From the IMG/VR virus record IMGVR_UViG_3300020450_000024, positions 1 through 60,096 of that record: DNA of 60,096 bases. The stretch is one strand, 5' to 3'. The notes beneath the pieces were generated by a model, which worked only from the letters and a program-made list of their open reading frames with translations, did not search any database and was not told where the DNA came from. Shown here in pieces: positions 1 to 9,358 of the stretch. The translations under genes were made by a program, and so were the position numbers. Position 1 is the first letter of the stretch, and each line of letters starts with the position of its first letter. This stretch comes from a virus. Taxonomy: Duplodnaviria; Caudoviricetes.

Positions 1-814
1 TGTCTCCTGCTTCTACATTAGCATATTCACTCTTGGTGTTTCTAGCACTGCCCTTACGTAAAAACTTGTCATCACCATCATCAAATACCAAACTGGATCC
101 GCCCAGCCTCATTGAGTGTATCTGTGCCTTTGCTCCTTTAGGACCGTATGCTGTTTTAGGTGCTCCTGGACTCTTGTCCAAAGGTCCTGGTGTGCTTACA
201 CCAAACACCGAACTTGGTGTTTCACGTCTTGCACTGCTTGATGTGATACCACGTATCTCGTCCGTCAACAATCCCTGTGAACTTAATACTGTGCTTTGTG
301 GACTCACAGGCTTTATAAACTGTGTAGGATCTGCCGTGCGTCCTTTTTCTGTAAGTTTGTTGTATTCCGTTACTGGTAATTTTTTGCTTTTGTTTAATTC
401 GTTGAATGTTGTGGCCGCATAGTTTCCTGATGGCACGCCAAAATTCATATAGTCATCTGGCACACAACCTATCCAATAGCCTTGGTTGATTGAACCTTCA
501 ACAAACACTACCATAACACGAGTGCCTATGTCTGGTGGTACAAACCACATACCATAACTCATCTGTGAATTTGCGTAACCTTCGTTCTTGCTGTTTGCTC
601 TGACTGTTGTTTGTCCGCCAAACAAACTTAGGTATCTAACGTGTAGGATCTGTCCTGCGGCTTCCTCATCATTACCTGATGTTGTGGTCTTTAGGATCTC
701 AACCTCAAGGTCTCCCTTGCTTAATGGATCAAGATGTGAAATGATTCTTGCTATGTAGACTCCATGTCTACGACTTAAACCACCTGCATCAACTGTACGT
801 TTTTCCTGTGCCAT
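1..814 (-). CDS. gp5: Baseplate central spike / gp5-like (VgrG OB-fold) protein, partial (runs off the left edge)
   Basis: Not in the ORF track. Manual translation from the ATG at 814 (overlapping TAA of the upstream gene, TAATG): MAQEKRTVDAGGLSRRHGVYIARIISHLDPLSKGDLEVEIL...SYGMWFVPPDIGTRVMVVFVEGSINQGYWIGCVPD, a gp5/VgrG OB-fold signature. Open to position 1. Confidence 0.8.
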   Translation of the reverse strand, partial: MAQEKRTVDAGGLSRRHGVYIARIISHLDPLSKGDLEVEILKTTTSGNDEEAAGQILHVRYLSLFGGQTTVRANSKNEGYANSQMSYGMWFVPPDIGTRVMVVFVEGSINQGYWIGCVPDDYMNFGVPSGNYAATTFNELNKSKKLPVTEYNKLTEKGRTADPTQFIKPVSPQSTVLSSQGLLTDEIRGITSSSARRETPSSVFGVSTPGPLDKSPGAPKTAYGPKGAKAQIHSMRLGGSSLVFDDGDDKFLRKGSARNTKSEYANVEAGD

Positions 815-3396
815 TATGTGTTCAATTCCTCATCTGTAATTTCTTCAAAGAAAGTATCGTTTTCAACTGCATCTACTGAACCGTCCGCTTTAACTTCGTT
901 GCCAACTTTGTTTTGTTTTTCACCTTCTTGATATGCGTTCGTGTCTGAATCACTTGCACTTACGTTTGTAAGTTGATTACGTCTACGTACCATATTAAGT
1001 GTTTGTTTGAATACTCCGCCTTGGAAAACATTTGTTACCTTAACAACCTGATACACTCCTGAGAATGCATTTACTTTTATTGTTTGTTCTGGAAATGTCA
1101 TTATACCTTCAGGACTAAAGTCCACTGGTGTTCTAAAGTTAACATTTACATCAACTTCTCCATTTTGATGATTTATTGAACCATCAGCATTTAAATTTAT
1201 AGTTCCGGGTAAAGGTTCTGAATTGTAATTACCCATTCCACTGTCGGCAATGTAATAAGGATCTCCCCATATCTCCATGTCCGCTGTTACTAGGTCTGAC
1301 CCACTATCTATGATAGCATTGTGGAAACGTCTAGCCACTGCCATTTCTGGAGTCTCTGGTACAGCACCCGCGGCGTCTGATTTGTTTTCAATATCTGGTA
1401 ACGCACCTGGTGTTCCGTTGTTTGGATTCTTGGTGTTACCATCTGCCTGTTTAAAGTTTGTATCGGAAACATCTTCGGCAGTACCAGATGTTTCAACCTT
1501 GTTTGTTCCTGCGTTATCAGTGTTTTTTGCAATACTTGTATAAAATGCAGTATTAATGTTGATATCAAATGAAAGCACATCTTTGTTTGCACCTGTGTAT
1601 ATGTAATTGTATGCTTTTACGCATTGCTTTTCTAATGATTCAACACCCTTTGCTGGTGCAGTAGGTGGAGCAAATTTAGAACTGTGTACCTTGTATGGTA
1701 CTACTTTATATACATATACTCTAGGAGGTCTACCTGATTTCTTTTCCTGTGCTTTGTTTGTTACATTATACACACTGGATTCTATCTTAAACCAATCCTT
1801 AAATCCATTTGCATCTGTTGGTGCATTGTGTCCTATGTTTGCACCATAGTCACTCATGATAACTAATTCTTCTAATATTTTTTGTATGGTCATTCCTTGT
1901 GGAAATTTAATTTCCATATTTTTACCAGGAATAATTTTAATCTTTCCTCTTTCAAAAATACCTTGTTCTTTGTTGTAGGTAAATTTTGCAAGACCAAAAG
2001 GTGCCGCACCCGCGGCTCCATATTCAAATCTTCCTTTTGCTACTTCTCCATTTCCAATTTGGTTAATGTTTACTTTTGCTGTTCCTCTTTGTTTAATACC
2101 TTCTGATACCTTGCTACGTAGAACAGTATAACCTAATTGTTTGCTTAGATATTCATCAAAGTTTGCAGGTACTTCACCAGTTTGTCCTGATAGTGATTCC
2201 CATGCTTCTGCTGTGTTTACAGCCTTTATGGTTCCTGCTGAACTTCCGTCATTGGAAACTGTCGCCGCATTTTCTGATTCAGTGTCGCTTGTTCCTACAC
2301 TGTTTTTGTTACTTGCACGACTTCCTTCAGTAGGAAACAAAATTACATATTCATCTGGTTCTACTACATCACCTTTTTCTTTTTGTTCAAGCAAGTGTGT
2401 GTTTAAAACTGTTGCAATACTTTTTGCTCCACTTTGACAAAGTTCTTCTATGTTTTTTCCTGATACCTGTACATCAATAGGTATTCTTTGTACCTGATCA
2501 CTGAATGCAACATCATTCCACGGTACACCTTTAACACTGTACACACTTCCAGATGCTTCTACACTAAACCCTGCATTGGTCCATTTGAAAGGCATTACCT
2601 TTCTCATTCCTAAACTACTATCTGGATACACAGGATTACCAGATGAATCCCAACCTTTAAATTCTATTATTAAAACATATGGTGCTTGTAAATAATTTTC
2701 ATGTCCTGCTTTCATTGAACAAAGTTGCAGTGTTTGTAAAAACAATCCCATTGAATAAGGTTCATGTACTTCAAATTGAAAACTTGTTGCCTGTGTATTT
2801 CTACTTTTAGGATTGGGTGCAATAAAAGTTTGTATTTCTAAATTATCAATAAAGTATTCTAACTTAATTCCATTTTGTTCGTATGCTGTACGAGCCATAC
2901 CTTTTACACCACTTGAACCTCCTGTTTTTAATAAAACATTTGCAGGATCTTTTACCCTGTATGTAGTGTCTGGATTATTAAGTTCGTCATTTGTTAAACA
3001 ACCAATAGTATAAATGTAATTGTAACTTGCAAATCTATTAAGTGCATTATCCAATGGTAAATCTAATCCAGGAACAACTTTTAAAACTTTACTTTCAACT
3101 TCTTCTTTTTTGATAGGTTCAACATTATCTCCATTCATTTGCTCTGTGTTGCCAGTTTTTGTTGCGGAGTCTTTGATTTGATTTTCTGTGTTACCTGTGG
3201 CTAATTTACTACCACCTACTGTGATGTTATCATTTTGTTTTAAATTTGGATATACTCTATCGCCGAACTCTCCAAACATTCCGAATTCAGGATATCCTAA
3301 GACTTCGTCATAAGCAGAGCCCATCTCTACTAGAATAATATCGCCTTCTACGTTCTTAGAGTTTCTAATATTCTTGTCGATTGGTTTACTAAACAT
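814..3396 (-). CDS. Putative baseplate hub protein (gp27-like)
   Basis: 860 aa, lying between the gp53-like and gp5-like genes. The C-terminal EIWGDPYY...VNFRTPVD...FSGVYQVVKVTNVFQGGVFKQTLNMVR is typical of hub proteins. Exact start uncertain. Confidence 0.6.
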   Translation of the reverse strand: MFSKPIDKNIRNSKNVEGDIILVEMGSAYDEVLGYPEFGMFGEFGDRVYPNLKQNDNITVGGSKLATGNTENQIKDSATKTGNTEQMNGDNVEPIKKEEVESKVLKVVPGLDLPLDNALNRFASYNYIYTIGCLTNDELNNPDTTYRVKDPANVLLKTGGSSGVKGMARTAYEQNGIKLEYFIDNLEIQTFIAPNPKSRNTQATSFQFEVHEPYSMGLFLQTLQLCSMKAGHENYLQAPYVLIIEFKGWDSSGNPVYPDSSLGMRKVMPFKWTNAGFSVEASGSVYSVKGVPWNDVAFSDQVQRIPIDVQVSGKNIEELCQSGAKSIATVLNTHLLEQKEKGDVVEPDEYVILFPTEGSRASNKNSVGTSDTESENAATVSNDGSSAGTIKAVNTAEAWESLSGQTGEVPANFDEYLSKQLGYTVLRSKVSEGIKQRGTAKVNINQIGNGEVAKGRFEYGAAGAAPFGLAKFTYNKEQGIFERGKIKIIPGKNMEIKFPQGMTIQKILEELVIMSDYGANIGHNAPTDANGFKDWFKIESSVYNVTNKAQEKKSGRPPRVYVYKVVPYKVHSSKFAPPTAPAKGVESLEKQCVKAYNYIYTGANKDVLSFDININTAFYTSIAKNTDNAGTNKVETSGTAEDVSDTNFKQADGNTKNPNNGTPGALPDIENKSDAAGAVPETPEMAVARRFHNAIIDSGSDLVTADMEIWGDPYYIADSGMGNYNSEPLPGTINLNADGSINHQNGEVDVNVNFRTPVDFSPEGIMTFPEQTIKVNAFSGVYQVVKVTNVFQGGVFKQTLNMVRRRNQLTNVSASDSDTNAYQEGEKQNKVGNEVKADGSVDAVENDTFFEEITDEELNT

Positions 3397-3702
3397 CTAG
3401 ATTCCCAATAATCTTTTTAATTTGTCTCCCTTTGGAAGAAATATCTTCGTTCCTGATTCTAAGTCAAATATAGGATCTTTGATTGTATTCATATTACGTT
3501 GAGCAAACACCCACCATAGTTTAGGCGAGCCATACAAGTCATACGCAAGTAAGTCTGGTCTGTGATTGTACTGTGGTGCTACTTCATATAGCACATCATC
3601 TGCTTCTGCTGGAATAGGTCTAATTTTTAAAGTATCTAAAAACCCATTACCATATCCTGTGTTTCTCCATGGACTTGTATCTTTATAAAAAGCCTTAGGC
3701 AT
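3397..3702 (-). CDS. gp53: Baseplate wedge protein gp53-like (LysM-type)
   Basis: YNHRPDLLAYDLYGSPKLWWVFAQRN motif; 101 aa; baseplate context. Confidence 0.8.
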   Translation of the reverse strand: MPKAFYKDTSPWRNTGYGNGFLDTLKIRPIPAEADDVLYEVAPQYNHRPDLLAYDLYGSPKLWWVFAQRNMNTIKDPIFDLESGTKIFLPKGDKLKRLLGI

Positions 3703-4565
3703 TAGATAAACCCTTTCTCTTGCGTTACATATTCACCGTTAACAAAATCAGATAAACTAAATCCTTGTACATCTGTTCTGCTGTAGATAGGTTGTACTGT
3801 AACTGTAACCTGTGATTGAACTGGTACATACGCAACTGTTCCTTTTATGTTTGCTGTATCTGTTGCGCCTTGCGTTGCTTCTGCCAAAGCACCCATGTTA
3901 GATAAATCAACTGCAATGTAATCAATTTCAGTTGGCATATCCAAAGTAAACATTGTTACAATGACAGGAACGTTTTTGAAAACATAATCACCATAACCGT
4001 TTAATTTTACTACTGGTGGAGGAGCACCTTGAAATTCTCCTTCTCCATAAAACATCTTTGTAACACTTCTTAGGTAGTGTAACATAGAAATCCAATATGT
4101 ACCTTCTGCACTTGTTTGTACAAAAAACTCTCCTGTAATTGTCATCTGATCCACAGTTGAGTTGTTGTATGCATAGAACGGATAATTATTATGTACAGGC
4201 GATATCGGCGAATAATTTGCTGTATGAGATAAAATTATAGTTGGAGTATATGGAAACGTTAATCCACTTGTTTCACGTAAAGGCTGTAACATTTTACTGT
4301 TATTGAAACTTTGTACATTAGGAATAGACAATTTGACACGCCAATCTTTTTCACCAGGAGCAGAAGCAAAACTGGCATCTGCCTTAAATGATTGCGTAGG
4401 CTCACCATTTACTGGTAATAATCGAGATCTAACATTTTTCATGAAGCCTTGTGCTGTTGAAAATATTTTTGATCCGGTTTCTTTTATCACTCCACCATTA
4501 TCACCCGATTGTTGTGTGGATATGGTGCTATTTGATATAAAGCCTTTCGTGTCCTGTCTTTCCAT
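3702..4565 (-). CDS. Tail-tube-fold baseplate/tube initiator protein (gp48/gp54-like)
   Basis: FPYTPTI...FYAYNNS...ITGEF...GAPPPVVKLNGYGDYVFKNVPVIVT resembles tube-fold proteins. Start moved to the ATG at 4565 (MERQ...), which has an AGGAG RBS and a late promoter upstream. Confidence 0.6.
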   Translation of the reverse strand: MERQDTKGFISNSTISTQQSGDNGGVIKETGSKIFSTAQGFMKNVRSRLLPVNGEPTQSFKADASFASAPGEKDWRVKLSIPNVQSFNNSKMLQPLRETSGLTFPYTPTIILSHTANYSPISPVHNNYPFYAYNNSTVDQMTITGEFFVQTSAEGTYWISMLHYLRSVTKMFYGEGEFQGAPPPVVKLNGYGDYVFKNVPVIVTMFTLDMPTEIDYIAVDLSNMGALAEATQGATDTANIKGTVAYVPVQSQVTVTVQPIYSRTDVQGFSLSDFVNGEYVTQEKGFI

Positions 4566-4588
4566 TAAAAAACTCCTTTTGGTACAAG

Positions 4589-4595
4589 TATTTAT
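4589..4595 (-). promoter_or_regulatory. Late (gp55-type) promoter ATAAATA for the baseplate operon
   Basis: tatttat on + strand = ATAAATA on - strand, ~25 nt upstream of the 4565 start. Confidence 0.65.
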
Positions 4596-4623
4596 TGACA
4601 AAATTATCAGAGTATATTATAAT
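4595..4623 (+). promoter_or_regulatory. Perfect sigma70 promoter for the late sigma gene
   Basis: TTGACA (4595-4600), 17-bp spacer, TATAAT (4618-4623). Confidence 0.85.
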
Positions 4624-4646
4624 AAGGTTTGTTTGGAGAAAAAATT

Positions 4647-5480
4647 ATGAAAAGAGTCAATTACCTTAATAATAAAGACCTTTTGAGCGAAATTCACAAG
4701 AGTAAGACCTCTTATTGCAGTTTTACTGACGATGATCATGCACAATATGACATTATATTGCCTAGTGTAGACAAAATTAACGTTAGAACTATTGCAGAAG
4801 CCAAAAGGAACAAGGCAAAAAGGTTATCACAACAAGATTATGAAAGACGTAAAGAAGCAGGCGAAAAAGTCAAACAGGCGGATTGTGCAATAGATTACAA
4901 GAAAATTAAAAAAGATGAATTAATATTTAGGATTATGACATATGATCATATCCCTGAAGACAAAGGCAGAAAGAAAAATCCGAAGACAGTAGCGGATACA
5001 AAGGAAAAATTAAACTTTCCACCATTCCAGCACTTTAAATTTACATCAACAGACAAATTAATGACTGTAGGTAAATCACACTGGGTAGGTGGTATGAGCA
5101 ATGGTAACTTCAGTAAAGATCATGGTAAGACAACTGAAAAACTTGCTCGTATGTGGATGAAACTATGTGATAGATATGCAACCAGAGGAAACGTAAGAGG
5201 CTATACTTACAATGATGAAATGAAAGGTCAAGCAATACTTCAATTAACACAGATTGGATTACAGTTTGACGAATCTAAATCTAATAATCCTTTTGCTTAT
5301 TACACGGCGGCTGTAACAAACAGTTTTGTTAGAGTAATTAATATCGAAAAACGTAATCAAAATATTAGAGATGATATTTTAGAGATGAACGATATGAATC
5401 CGTCTTTCACTAGACAAATGCAAGGATCATGGGAAAGATCGGTAAAAGAAGCATACGATAAAATTAACAAGAAAGATTGA
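4647..5480 (+). CDS. gp55: Late transcription sigma factor (T4 gp55-like)
   Basis: NYLNNKDLL N-terminus; RGYTYNDEMKGQAILQL...FDESKSNNPFAYYT...SFVRVINIEKRNQ; next to gp47/gp46. ATG at 4647 follows GGAG. Confidence 0.85.
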   Translation: MKRVNYLNNKDLLSEIHKSKTSYCSFTDDDHAQYDIILPSVDKINVRTIAEAKRNKAKRLSQQDYERRKEAGEKVKQADCAIDYKKIKKDELIFRIMTYDHIPEDKGRKKNPKTVADTKEKLNFPPFQHFKFTSTDKLMTVGKSHWVGGMSNGNFSKDHGKTTEKLARMWMKLCDRYATRGNVRGYTYNDEMKGQAILQLTQIGLQFDESKSNNPFAYYTAAVTNSFVRVINIEKRNQNIRDDILEMNDMNPSFTRQMQGSWERSVKEAYDKINKKD

Positions 5481-5505
5481 CATTCGCAACTTTTTGTTGT
5501 ATAAT
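5477..5505 (+). promoter_or_regulatory. Perfect sigma70 promoter for the gp47-gp46-sufE operon
   Basis: TTGACA (5477-5482), 17-bp spacer, TATAAT (5500-5505). Confidence 0.85.
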
Positions 5506-5528
5506 GTTTGTAAAGTGAGGTTCTAGAT

Positions 5529-6533
5529 TTGTTTAAAAAAGCGGCTGTATTCACGGACATACACTTTGGACTGAAGTCTAATTCAAAAGTCCATAATGAT
5601 GACTGTGAAGAATTTGTAGATTGGTATATTGAACAAGCCAAAAAAGAAGGTTGTGAAACAGGCATCTTTATGGGTGACTGGCACCACAATAGAAATAGTT
5701 TAAATGTTGTAACAATGGATTATTCTATCCGTTGTTTAGAAAAGTTAGGAAAAGCATTTGAACAGTTTTACTATTTTCCAGGCAACCATGATTTGTATTA
5801 CAAAGACAAACGTGATGTGCATTCTGTAGAATATGCAAAGCACATTAAAGGAGTAACTGTTGTAAATGAAATTTATGAAAAGGATGACGTTTGTTTAGTT
5901 CCTTGGTTGGTTGGCGAAGAATGGAAAAAAATTCCTAAGATTAAAGCAAAATATATGTTTGGACATTTCGAACTTCCAAACTTTTATATGAACGCAATGG
6001 TTCAAATGCCTGACACAGGTGAATTAAAGTCTGAACATTTTGTTAATCAGGAATATGTGTTTAGTGGACACTTTCATAAAAGACAAACACACGGCAACGT
6101 AACATACATTGGTAATCCTATGCCTCACAACTATGCTGATACGTGGGACGATGAACGTGGTATGATGATCTTTGAATATGGAGGCAAGCCAAGATACTTG
6201 AACTGGCCAGATTGTCCAAAGTATAGAACAATTAAATTAAGTGAACTTATAGATAGAAAAGATGAAATTATTGGCAGTAAAACTTATCTAAGAGTTACAC
6301 TTGATATTGATATTAGTTTTGAAGAAGCAAGTTTTATTAAAGAAAACTTTATCAATGAATACAAGTGTAGAGAAATAACTTTACTTCCAAGTCAACAGGT
6401 AGATGAGATTAACACAGATATTGATATTACAAAATTTGAAAGTGTTGATCAAATTGTTACACATGAGATAGATGCAATAGATTCTGACAATTATAATAAA
6501 CAGAAACTATTAGAAATATATGGCGAATTATGA
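5529..6533 (+). CDS. gp47: Recombination endonuclease subunit (Mre11/SbcD-like metallophosphoesterase)
   Basis: TDIHFG, GDWHH, GNHD, GHFE and SGHFH motifs; TTG start with GAGG RBS. Confidence 0.92.
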   Translation: MFKKAAVFTDIHFGLKSNSKVHNDDCEEFVDWYIEQAKKEGCETGIFMGDWHHNRNSLNVVTMDYSIRCLEKLGKAFEQFYYFPGNHDLYYKDKRDVHSVEYAKHIKGVTVVNEIYEKDDVCLVPWLVGEEWKKIPKIKAKYMFGHFELPNFYMNAMVQMPDTGELKSEHFVNQEYVFSGHFHKRQTHGNVTYIGNPMPHNYADTWDDERGMMIFEYGGKPRYLNWPDCPKYRTIKLSELIDRKDEIIGSKTYLRVTLDIDISFEEASFIKENFINEYKCREITLLPSQQVDEINTDIDITKFESVDQIVTHEIDAIDSDNYNKQKLLEIYGEL

Positions 6534-8305
6534 TAAAGATAAAAGACTTAACCGTTAAAAACTTTATGAGTGTGGGTAACCAAACCCAAGCAGTTGACTT
6601 CAGCAACAGACAACTTACATTGGTGCTAGGAGAAAACTTGGATCAAGGAGGAGATGATTCAGGCTCACGTAACGGTACAGGTAAGACCACAATCATCAAC
6701 GCACTATCTTATGCGTTGTATGGTGTGGCGCTGACAAACATTAGAAAAAACAATTTAATTAACAAAACTAACAACAAAGGAATGTTAGTTACACTTAACT
6801 TTGAAAAAGACAATACAAAATATAGAATTGAAAGAGGGCGTGGCCCTAACGTATTAAAGTTCTTTGTAGATGAAGAAGAACAAGAACTTACAGATGAATC
6901 GCAAGGAGATAGTCGTAAAACACAGGAGACACTTGATCAACTATTGCAAATGAGTCATGATATGTTTAAGCATTTAATTGCATTAAACACATACACAGAA
7001 CCATTCCTTGCAATGAAGCCAAATGATCAACGTGCTATTATCGAACAACTATTAGGTATTACAATACTGTCTGAAAAGGCAAACGTATTACGTGAACATA
7101 TGAAAGTTACTCGAGATAGTATTACAGAAGAAAATGCAAAAATAAATGCACAACAAGATAGCAATGAACGTGTTAAGGAAAGCATTGAAAGTTTAAAATT
7201 AAAATTAAGTGCTTGGGAACAACAACGTGAAACAAATATTAAAAAACTTGAAACTGGTATTGATGAGTTAGAACACATAGATATTGATACAGAAATAAGC
7301 AATCATGAAAAATTACAATCTTGGAATGAAACAGAAAAACATCAACGCAATCTAATCAAAGAACAAGCAACACTAGAAAGTGCATTAGGACAAACAGATA
7401 AACGTCTTGAAAAGGTAAGCAAAGAACTAGATGATCTTGAAGATGCAAAATGTTATGCTTGTGGACAGGATTTGCCTGATGAAAAAGTTGACGAAATACA
7501 GAACAAACTGCAAACAGAATATGGTGAAACTACAACATACTTAATGGAAATAAATGAAAAGGCAGAGAAAGTAAAAACAAAACTAGCAAACATTGGAGAA
7601 CTTTCTGATAAGCCTAGCACGTTCTATGAAACTGCCAAAGAAGCATATGACCACAGAAGCAATATTGAAAACTTAAAAGACGCATTAAAAAGAGCAAAAG
7701 AAGATAAAGATCCTTATACTGAACAAATTGAAGAATTACAAAATACTGCAATCCAAGAAATAAATTGGGACGAAGTAAACAAACTAACAAATCATAAAGA
7801 TCATCAAGAGTTTTTATACAAACTTCTCACAAACAAAGATAGTTTTATACGTAAGAAAATTATTGATCAGAACCTCGCATATTTAAATAATAGACTTACA
7901 TACTATCTTGATCGTCTTGGTCTTCCACATTCTGTGGTATTTAAAAATGACCTAGCAGTTGAAATAACACAGTTAGGTCAAGACCTTGACTTTGACAATT
8001 TAAGTAGAGGTGAACGTAATAGACTTATACTTGGATTAAGTTGGGCATTTAGAGATGTCTGGGAAGGACTATATCAAAACATTAACTTATTATTTGTTGA
8101 TGAACTTATTGATAGTGGTATGGATACTGCTGGTGTTGAATCTAGTTTAGCAGTTCTTAAGAAGATGGGGAGAGAAAGAGATAAAAACATTTACATCATT
8201 TCTCATAAAGATGAATTACAAGGTAGGGTAAACAATGTATTGAAGGTCATTAAAGAAAATGGCTTTACAAGTTATGCTAACGATGTAGAAGTAGTGGAAC
8301 AGTGA
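6530..8305 (+). CDS. gp46: Recombination ATPase subunit (Rad50/SbcC-like)
   Basis: Walker A NGTGKTT, coiled coil with zinc hook CYACG, signature LSRGE, Walker B LLFVDE, IISH. Confidence 0.93.
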   Translation: MIKIKDLTVKNFMSVGNQTQAVDFSNRQLTLVLGENLDQGGDDSGSRNGTGKTTIINALSYALYGVALTNIRKNNLINKTNNKGMLVTLNFEKDNTKYRIERGRGPNVLKFFVDEEEQELTDESQGDSRKTQETLDQLLQMSHDMFKHLIALNTYTEPFLAMKPNDQRAIIEQLLGITILSEKANVLREHMKVTRDSITEENAKINAQQDSNERVKESIESLKLKLSAWEQQRETNIKKLETGIDELEHIDIDTEISNHEKLQSWNETEKHQRNLIKEQATLESALGQTDKRLEKVSKELDDLEDAKCYACGQDLPDEKVDEIQNKLQTEYGETTTYLMEINEKAEKVKTKLANIGELSDKPSTFYETAKEAYDHRSNIENLKDALKRAKEDKDPYTEQIEELQNTAIQEINWDEVNKLTNHKDHQEFLYKLLTNKDSFIRKKIIDQNLAYLNNRLTYYLDRLGLPHSVVFKNDLAVEITQLGQDLDFDNLSRGERNRLILGLSWAFRDVWEGLYQNINLLFVDELIDSGMDTAGVESSLAVLKKMGRERDKNIYIISHKDELQGRVNNVLKVIKENGFTSYANDVEVVEQ

Positions 8306-8709
8306 TATTGGATAAGATAAAAGCACGTGGTGAAGAAATGGCTCCTTTAGAAGGACATGATAGATTACAATATCTTATTGACATTGCTAGAGAAGTAGAA
8401 CCTTTACCAGACAACGATAAGATAGATGAAAATAAAATTAGAGGTTGTGCAAGTAATCTGTGGGTAGTTGGTAAAATAAATGAAGATGGAACTATGTCAT
8501 ATAAGCACGATGCAGATGCTTGGATAACAAAAGGCACTGCAAAAGTTTTAGTAGATTTGCTTAATGGTGAACATCGAAGTGCAATAGCAGATTTAACATT
8601 AGAAAGTTTTGAAGGACTTGGTATCAGAAATTTACTTACAATGCAACGGCAAGTTGGTTTTGGCAGTCTAGTAGAAAGAATGATAGCCATAGCAAAGATC
8701 AATGGATGA
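8302..8709 (+). CDS. sufE: SufE-family Fe-S cluster sulfur-transfer protein (auxiliary metabolic gene)
   Basis: DRLQYLIDIA...ENKIRGCASNLW (acceptor Cys)...DADAWITKG...LGIRNLLTMQRQVG. Confidence 0.85.
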   Translation: MILDKIKARGEEMAPLEGHDRLQYLIDIAREVEPLPDNDKIDENKIRGCASNLWVVGKINEDGTMSYKHDADAWITKGTAKVLVDLLNGEHRSAIADLTLESFEGLGIRNLLTMQRQVGFGSLVERMIAIAKING

Positions 8710-8914
8710 TAATCACGACAAATTAGTTAAAGCATACTTAGAATATTTCAAGGCACATGAACAGTACATCAAGACTGGTGGCATACGTCCACGTCGTGAA
8801 ACACGCAGATGGCTTAGAGAAATACGTGATCTTGCCAAAATACGCATGAATGAAGTGCAAGACAGTTACGTAAACCGTAGAGAAGATTCCAAAAAAGACG
8901 AGCAGGACAATTAG
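8702..8914 (+). CDS. Small basic helical protein, possibly Hc1/histone-H1-like DNA-binding
   Basis: 70 aa; YLEYFKAHEQY..GG..PRRETRRWLREIRDLAKIRMNEVQ resembles the Hc1-like two-helix family. Confidence 0.5.
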   Translation: MDDNHDKLVKAYLEYFKAHEQYIKTGGIRPRRETRRWLREIRDLAKIRMNEVQDSYVNRREDSKKDEQDN

Positions 8915-8932
8915 ACCTTGGTAAGTATCCAT

Positions 8933-9358
8933 ATGCAATGGACTTACAAAGGAAAAATAGTAGAAGAATTACCCCTTGGTTGTGAAGCCTTTGTATATCT
9001 TATTACAAATACAACCAATGGACGTAAGTACATCGGCAAAAAACTCGCTAAATTCAAAAAGACTCGCCCACCACTCAAGGGCAAGATAAACAAAAGAAGA
9101 AGCAAAGTAGAAAGTGACTGGAAGGACTATTGGGGTTCTAATGATCACTTAAAAGAAGACGTAGACAAATTAGGCACTGAAAAGTTTACTAGGGAAATAT
9201 TATATATTTGTCCTAGCAGAGGCGTAGCAAGTTATTTAGAGGCAAGGGAACAATTCGAAAGAAAAGTCTTAGAAACTGATGATTACTATAATGGCATTAT
9301 AAACGTTAGAGTAGGCGGCTCAAAAATTCTTAAAGAAGCACTTAAAGGCTTAAAATAG
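8933..9358 (+). CDS. Stand-alone GIY-YIG nuclease-domain protein
   Basis: FVYLITNTTNGRKYIGKK (GIY-YIG), YWGS, YLEAREQF (catalytic Glu) and YYN. ATG at 8933 lies 5 nt after TAAGTA with no SD. Confidence 0.85.
   Translation: MQWTYKGKIVEELPLGCEAFVYLITNTTNGRKYIGKKLAKFKKTRPPLKGKINKRRSKVESDWKDYWGSNDHLKEDVDKLGTEKFTREILYICPSRGVASYLEAREQFERKVLETDDYYNGIINVRVGGSKILKEALKGLK

Noticed and set aside
33-3013. Plus-strand ORFs (33-422, 1277-1543, 2141-2437 and others) opposite the baseplate genes
   Set aside because: Antisense shadows of well-supported minus-strand genes; no RBS and atypical composition.
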